Of a DNA stretch of 32,528 nt, positions 27,861-32,528 are shown one piece after another. Within the stretch, counting starts at the first letter, position 1; every line of letters starts with the position of its first letter. This stretch comes from a virus. Lineage: Duplodnaviria; Heunggongvirae; Uroviricota; Caudoviricetes; Crassvirales. The position numbers and the translations under genes were made by a program. A model generated the notes under the pieces. That model was not told the DNA's origin. It worked only from the letters and a program-made list of their open reading frames with translations, and did not search any database. The stretch is taken from the IMG/VR virus record IMGVR_UViG_3300025288_000016, positions 64,431-96,958 of that record; one strand, given 5' to 3'.

Positions 27861-30113
27861 TTATAAAGAATCCCAATACAAACCTCCGTCTATACTGTAT
27901 TCAAAATCATTAGGTGTTGCTGTATAGTGTATATACGCAGCAATTACATCTTTATCTAAATCTATTACAAGCGTGTTTTTGTTTCTAATTTTTAGCGCAA
28001 ATAGATGAAAATCAACTCTAACAATAGTTCTAACATTTACATCATCTCTTTCAAGTATTGGAATTGGCTGTGTTCTAGGCTCTATTAAAGTCGGCATTGT
28101 AACCGTTCCAAAAGAATAACTTGAAGGCATTGTTAATAATGAGTCTATTGTACAATTATCGAAAATAATTTCGTAATTCATACCAGTTCCCCATACTGTG
28201 TTTGAAGCTATTAACCCACTTCCTTGGAACGTACAATTTTTAAAATAGAATTTTTCTGGTATATTATTAGCAATATTACTGCCTAATATAATTAAATAAT
28301 CTTGTATATCTGTAAATAAGCAATTTTCAAAATACCAATTCCCATCTTCAAAATCAATAGCTTCGTTGGTTCGAGTGTTATTTATTTTAAACTTTTTAAA
28401 AGTGCTATTAACAGCTATAATTTGTGCGTCACCATAATTTCTATAAAATCCATCTAAAGCAGGCGAGGTTGTATTGTCTATTTCAACCGTATCAAATACT
28501 ATTTGTTCCTCTTTATTGTTACCGTCTTGAAGTCTGAAAGTAAAATCTTTAAAATTATTTCTATAAACATAAACTTTAGGCAATGTTATTGAATATCCAG
28601 TTAAACCAATAAATTCATTATCATGTATATCTTTAGTCCAATTTAAACGGTCTACATTATAATTTGTAAACGTGTTATTATTACACTTACCTCTACCATT
28701 AATAATATTATTACTAAAAGTATTGTTTCGCCATTCAGCAGCATTTGTTAATGCAACTTTTGGTGTTCCTGTATTTCCAGAGACTATTATGTTGCCTTTA
28801 TTTGTTCCTGTTCCTGCATTCACTGTGCCTGTTGATTGAAAATCATTATTAGTAATACTACCATAAAGCAATTGATATATAAATATACTTGCATTTCCTT
28901 CACCTATAAATATATTGTTAGTTATATCTGCATTAAGATTATGCGTTAATAACAACATATTGAATCTTGTATTAAATGTATTATTTCTAATTATTAAATT
29001 TCTTGAAACAGCATCTTCGCAATTTACATGATACCTAGTTGTATCTGGAAAAGCTGGTACAGTATAATATCTTTCAGTTGTAAAAAAGTTATTATTTTCT
29101 ATTATAGCGTGCGCTCCTATATTAGCAATGCCACCCCTATGGTTATCGCCAATCGACATATTTCTAACAATTGTACCATTATTAGGATTGTACTCTAACC
29201 GATGATACATGATGTTCGGACTTTCTTGCATCCCGTTTAAAGGATTTACATTTACTTTCATTTTTACAATACCACTTACATCTGGAAAATTGTAAGATTC
29301 AAAATATTGGCAATTATCAAGTTGTGCTAATAAGGTATTGTTTATATTAAAAAACTTAAAAGTAACATCTTCCATGTCATATTTTAAAAGCCTATTAAAT
29401 CCTACTCCGCCTGTTAATCCAAATCTATCATAAGTGTTTGGGTTTACGTTATAAAATATGCTCTCAAATCTTCCATCTGGTTGTATGTAATAATTTTTTT
29501 CTGTTTCTTCAAAAGCAATAGTTTTTGACCCATAAACAATAGATGCAAGCATGTCTGCCATAAAACCAGCTGCATTACCCCCATCTACAATTATATCTTT
29601 ACACCCTTTCCCAGAACGCACCAACATCGTATCTTCAAACTTTATTTCAGACTGAGTTGCATAGCTTCTCTTATATCTATCTCCGTCAACTGTGCCAAAT
29701 TTTAAAATGATATTTTCACAAGATTCTAAATTTATAAAATCGTGTTTTAATAATACATTGTTTGGGTCTGGAAAGCAATCTATATTTACTTTTCTAAAAT
29801 CTAATATTAAGGGATTTAATGCTGTTTTTTTTATATTTGTTAAATATAAATATGCCATTAATAAACCGCCATATAATTCGTGAATACTTTCTTCATAATG
29901 AACATCTAAAGTGTCAGCATCAAAAACAATATATTCCTCACCTAAAGCAACAGCATTATCAACCATTGCTTTAGTGAAATTTCCGTTAACATCGGGAGTT
30001 AAAAAATAAGCATTTTCAGGAAATGTTAATGCATTATCAGGTTGAAATCTAGCTTGTATTTTAGACTTAAATCGTAAAGGGATGATATTCCAAAATCTTG
30101 ACGGTATTTTCAT
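27861..30113 (-). CDS. Right-handed beta-helix tailspike / putative polysaccharide depolymerase (750 aa)
   Basis: Asn-ladder repeats (IIENNNF, IIRNNTF, ITNNIF, ITNNDF, WRNNTF) and DNHRGGIA. Adjacent to the tail fibre with a TAATG overlap. Confidence 0.7.
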   Translation of the reverse strand: MKIPSRFWNIIPLRFKSKIQARFQPDNALTFPENAYFLTPDVNGNFTKAMVDNAVALGEEYIVFDADTLDVHYEESIHELYGGLLMAYLYLTNIKKTALNPLILDFRKVNIDCFPDPNNVLLKHDFINLESCENIILKFGTVDGDRYKRSYATQSEIKFEDTMLVRSGKGCKDIIVDGGNAAGFMADMLASIVYGSKTIAFEETEKNYYIQPDGRFESIFYNVNPNTYDRFGLTGGVGFNRLLKYDMEDVTFKFFNINNTLLAQLDNCQYFESYNFPDVSGIVKMKVNVNPLNGMQESPNIMYHRLEYNPNNGTIVRNMSIGDNHRGGIANIGAHAIIENNNFFTTERYYTVPAFPDTTRYHVNCEDAVSRNLIIRNNTFNTRFNMLLLTHNLNADITNNIFIGEGNASIFIYQLLYGSITNNDFQSTGTVNAGTGTNKGNIIVSGNTGTPKVALTNAAEWRNNTFSNNIINGRGKCNNNTFTNYNVDRLNWTKDIHDNEFIGLTGYSITLPKVYVYRNNFKDFTFRLQDGNNKEEQIVFDTVEIDNTTSPALDGFYRNYGDAQIIAVNSTFKKFKINNTRTNEAIDFEDGNWYFENCLFTDIQDYLIILGSNIANNIPEKFYFKNCTFQGSGLIASNTVWGTGMNYEIIFDNCTIDSLLTMPSSYSFGTVTMPTLIEPRTQPIPILERDDVNVRTIVRVDFHLFALKIRNKNTLVIDLDKDVIAAYIHYTATPNDFEYSIDGGLYWDSL

Positions 30114-32528
30114 TAATAAGTATTTATATATTTAATTGCGCCCCTATCTCTAATATCTGAATTAGCTGCCGTTGCGTTGTTTGTTACCCATATAAAAGCT
30201 GATATGGTAACTGTTGGCATGTTAGTTGTTATAACTTGATTTGTGCTAATTTCTGCACCTGTACTACGTGTAATTCTTGTAACTTTAACAGTTACCGAAG
30301 TACCTAAAACTCCATATATTTCAAGAGTATAATAATACAATGTTGTATCTGTGGCGGGGTAATCTGTTCCTAAATCAAAACTTGTTGTAACTCCACTTGC
30401 GTCATTATGAATAATATGAATATTGTTGCTTGTTGATAGTTTTGCTATTCCTAACACATTTGTCTGCGTGTCAGGCTCTATATTTGTCGGGTCACCAAGT
30501 CTATAAGCAGAAGATAAACCTATTGAAAATCTATCTCCCGAAGCTACTACGCTTCGATAAAAACCTCTTTTCATGTAAAATGAATTTCCATTAAAAACCC
30601 CTAAAGCTTGTCCGTTTTGTGAACCAATTGTGCCTGCTGTTGTACCACTGCTAAATACTATATTTATAGGATAGTCAAATGAGTTAGATGCTCTTATAAG
30701 AGTAAGATTATTATGTATTCTAGTATTTGTGCCATTAGTGCCTGTATATACATTAGCAGCATAAGAAGGCAATAGCCATTCTTTATTGTAAGTAATAAGT
30801 TCTTTAAAATCCTGTGTAGCTATTTCTGCCATTGTGGATAGTGAACTACCACCCCCACCACCAATAACTAAATCATCTAGCTTTTGTGCTACTTTCTGAA
30901 CCGTATCATCTGTTATTGCTAAATTGCCATTAAAACCACTTGCATCTACTGTTACTTCACTTGCTGTTTGGTCTGCGGTTGCCCCATCTTCTACGTTTAT
31001 AAGCGTTCTAACTTGTGTAGGGGTCAATTCTTCACTATCTCCACTTCCTGCTGTTACACGCCCTAAAATAGTACTTGTAGCCACATTTTTGACTACATCA
31101 ACCGTTCCACCACCACCCAAATCAGCAATAGCCTGTGTAGTTGTTTTTTCAAGTGTGCCTGCGTTGTTTATAAGCAATTCTTCTGTGCCTGTTAAACCTG
31201 CGTTGGCTGCTTTGCCGCTAATGGCTGTTGGTTGTATATTACCAACTGTTAAATTGGTGGCTGTGCCTGTTAAATTAGTTCCTGCACCACTAAAAGAGTT
31301 TGCTACTATATCGCCTGTTTTATTTACACTAAATGTATTACTGCTATTATTTTGACCTACAAATGTAAATCCTGTGCCTCCACTTACTACGTTTGAGACT
31401 AATCCATTTGATGCAGAACCTACTACTGTATATACACCATTTGCTCCTGTTGACCCAGAAGCTAAATTAATAAAGACACCTGTTGCGTTCTCTCCTGTTA
31501 TGTCTGAATAAAATCCTACTCCTCCCGCTCCTGTAACTGGTGAATTAATTCCAAATCCTGAAACTCCATTTATAGTAGTATTATATGTTCCGTTATTAAA
31601 GGTTTTAGCTCCTGTTATTGTTTGAGCAGTAGTTAAATCTACATAATTGGCATTTGTTGGTATAGCTAAATCATCTAATTTTTGTGCTACTTTTTGAACG
31701 GTATTGTCTGTAATAGCTAAATTACCATTAAAACCGCTCGTATCAACACTAACCTCACTTGCGTTATAAGTAGTTGGCACTGCTATATCAAAATATAGCT
31801 CATGTTTTTCATCTGGTAAAATAGTGCCTATATAAGTTATGCTAGTTCCACTAATAGTATAATCAACTCCTTCAATTACTTTTAAGCCATTTATAAATAG
31901 TTTATGTTGGCTTGGTATGGTTTGCCCTATTGCCCATGTGGTTTCGCCACCAACGGTTGTATAACTCATAGGTGGAACGTCTGTTCCACTTGCTATAACT
32001 GCTGCATCTAGTTCGTCTTTTAATTCTTCAACGGCTGCTTGTCCATCTGTACTCGTAATGGTTAGATAAGGCGTAAAGGTTGTGGTTGCCATAGTGCCAC
32101 CGCCACCTAAAGCACCTTCAATAATATTTCCACCTGCATCAACTTGTAGAGCATATGTAGGTGTTCCAGTATTCGCTCCAGAACCATAACTTGAATTATG
32201 AAGTTGACCTCTTAAATAAGTGTCTGTAATACTGCTATTACCTAAAGTAGCTGTATTACTTCCGTTGCCTATTGCATCATAACCTATAACTATTTGATTT
32301 GTTTGGTTATTTATTGATGATTTAGAATATGCTCCAAGAAAAACAGAATTGTCTGAAATAGTGTTTGCTGTTGAACCATCAGAAAGATGAGTGCCAGAAA
32401 GATATCCTAAAGCAAGGTTATTGTTTCCTGTAGTGTTAAAAACTAAAGAACTTACTCCAACTCCTGTATTTCTTGACCCGCTGTTAGCTTGTAACGCAAG
32501 TACCCCAAAAGCAGAATTATCATTGCCA
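30113..32528 (-). CDS. Mosaic tail fibre (partial; 5' end beyond the window, >=804 aa)
   Basis: The frame of the 659-aa ORF stays open from 32092 to the window end, encoding NTTGNNNLALGY-type repeats, GNGSNTATLGNSSITDTYL and TYALQVDAGGNIIE. Downstream it carries QTITGAKTF and TILGRVTAGSG fibre motifs. Confidence 0.8.
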   Translation of the reverse strand, partial: GNDNSAFGVLALQANSGSRNTGVGVSSLVFNTTGNNNLALGYLSGTHLSDGSTANTISDNSVFLGAYSKSSINNQTNQIVIGYDAIGNGSNTATLGNSSITDTYLRGQLHNSSYGSGANTGTPTYALQVDAGGNIIEGALGGGGTMATTTFTPYLTITSTDGQAAVEELKDELDAAVIASGTDVPPMSYTTVGGETTWAIGQTIPSQHKLFINGLKVIEGVDYTISGTSITYIGTILPDEKHELYFDIAVPTTYNASEVSVDTSGFNGNLAITDNTVQKVAQKLDDLAIPTNANYVDLTTAQTITGAKTFNNGTYNTTINGVSGFGINSPVTGAGGVGFYSDITGENATGVFINLASGSTGANGVYTVVGSASNGLVSNVVSGGTGFTFVGQNNSSNTFSVNKTGDIVANSFSGAGTNLTGTATNLTVGNIQPTAISGKAANAGLTGTEELLINNAGTLEKTTTQAIADLGGGGTVDVVKNVATSTILGRVTAGSGDSEELTPTQVRTLINVEDGATADQTASEVTVDASGFNGNLAITDDTVQKVAQKLDDLVIGGGGGSSLSTMAEIATQDFKELITYNKEWLLPSYAANVYTGTNGTNTRIHNNLTLIRASNSFDYPINIVFSSGTTAGTIGSQNGQALGVFNGNSFYMKRGFYRSVVASGDRFSIGLSSAYRLGDPTNIEPDTQTNVLGIAKLSTSNNIHIIHNDASGVTTSFDLGTDYPATDTTLYYYTLEIYGVLGTSVTVKVTRITRSTGAEISTNQVITTNMPTVTISAFIWVTNNATAANSDIRDRGAIKYINTY
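30870..30964. repeat. Direct repeat copy 2 (ASEVTVDASGFNGNLAITDDTVQKVAQKLDDL)
   Basis: Near-identical peptide to 31668-31762, with synonymous DNA divergence; 798 bp apart, in frame. Confidence 0.9.
31668..31762. repeat. Direct repeat copy 1 (ASEVSVDTSGFNGNLAITDNTVQKVAQKLDDL)
   Basis: Partner of 30870-30964. Confidence 0.9.

Larger units (their letters stand above)
1..32528 (-). mobile_element. crAss-like bacteriophage (Crassvirales) structural/cargo module
   Basis: Co-oriented block of ring proteins, IHF-like gene, muzzle protein, giant cargo proteins and a single-subunit RNAP with DFDID. This order matches what is known for phi14:2 and crAss001. No host housekeeping genes. Confidence 0.93.

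Noticed and set aside
550-31355. Nine short plus-strand ORFs in the track (550, 2488, 3640, 10907, 13352, 19222, 29692, 30924 and similar)
   Set aside because: All are antisense shadows of long minus-strand genes, with Phe/Leu/Ile/Ser-rich composition and no motifs or promoters.
32090-32092. Track start of the 659-aa fibre as the gene start
   Set aside because: The frame continues without a stop to the window end and encodes recognisable fibre repeats.
1-32528. Stop-codon reassignment (TAG to Gln or TGA to Trp)
   Set aside because: Genes are full-length and tightly packed in the standard code; TAG and TGA act as stops at coupled junctions.
1-32528. CRISPR array, tRNA, intron/intein or diversity-generating retroelement
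   Set aside because: No spaced repeats, cloverleaf, splice-junction motifs or reverse transcriptase seen. Intergenic gaps are all under 120 bp.

Overview
AT-rich phage DNA with all genes on the minus strand. It is the virion/cargo module of a crAss-like phage (Crassvirales), probably infecting a Bacteroidota host, since two exact TTTG-N20-TAnnTTTG promoters are present. In transcription order (right to left): mosaic tail fibre (open at the window end), beta-helix tailspike, two small beta-rich/Ig-like proteins, a holin / M15 endolysin / membrane-anchored protein lysis trio, a DEDD exonuclease with its own promoter and a downstream hairpin, ring protein 2, IHF-like protein, ring protein 1 and muzzle/stabilisation protein. 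A promoter-led cargo operon follows: lysozyme-like plus cargo-1 N-part, cargo-1 C-part, 627-aa and 1419-aa cargo proteins, a 2401-aa virion RNA polymerase (DFDID), a ferritin, and a polyvalent protein (ART-like plus polynucleotide-kinase-like domains) that the ORF track missed because it runs off the window start. Most striking observation: about 5,840 residues of putative ejected cargo contain only 4 cysteines by manual scan, all within 3 residues of a terminus and arranged head-to-tail in gene order. All family assignments come from motif recognition; no database searches were run.
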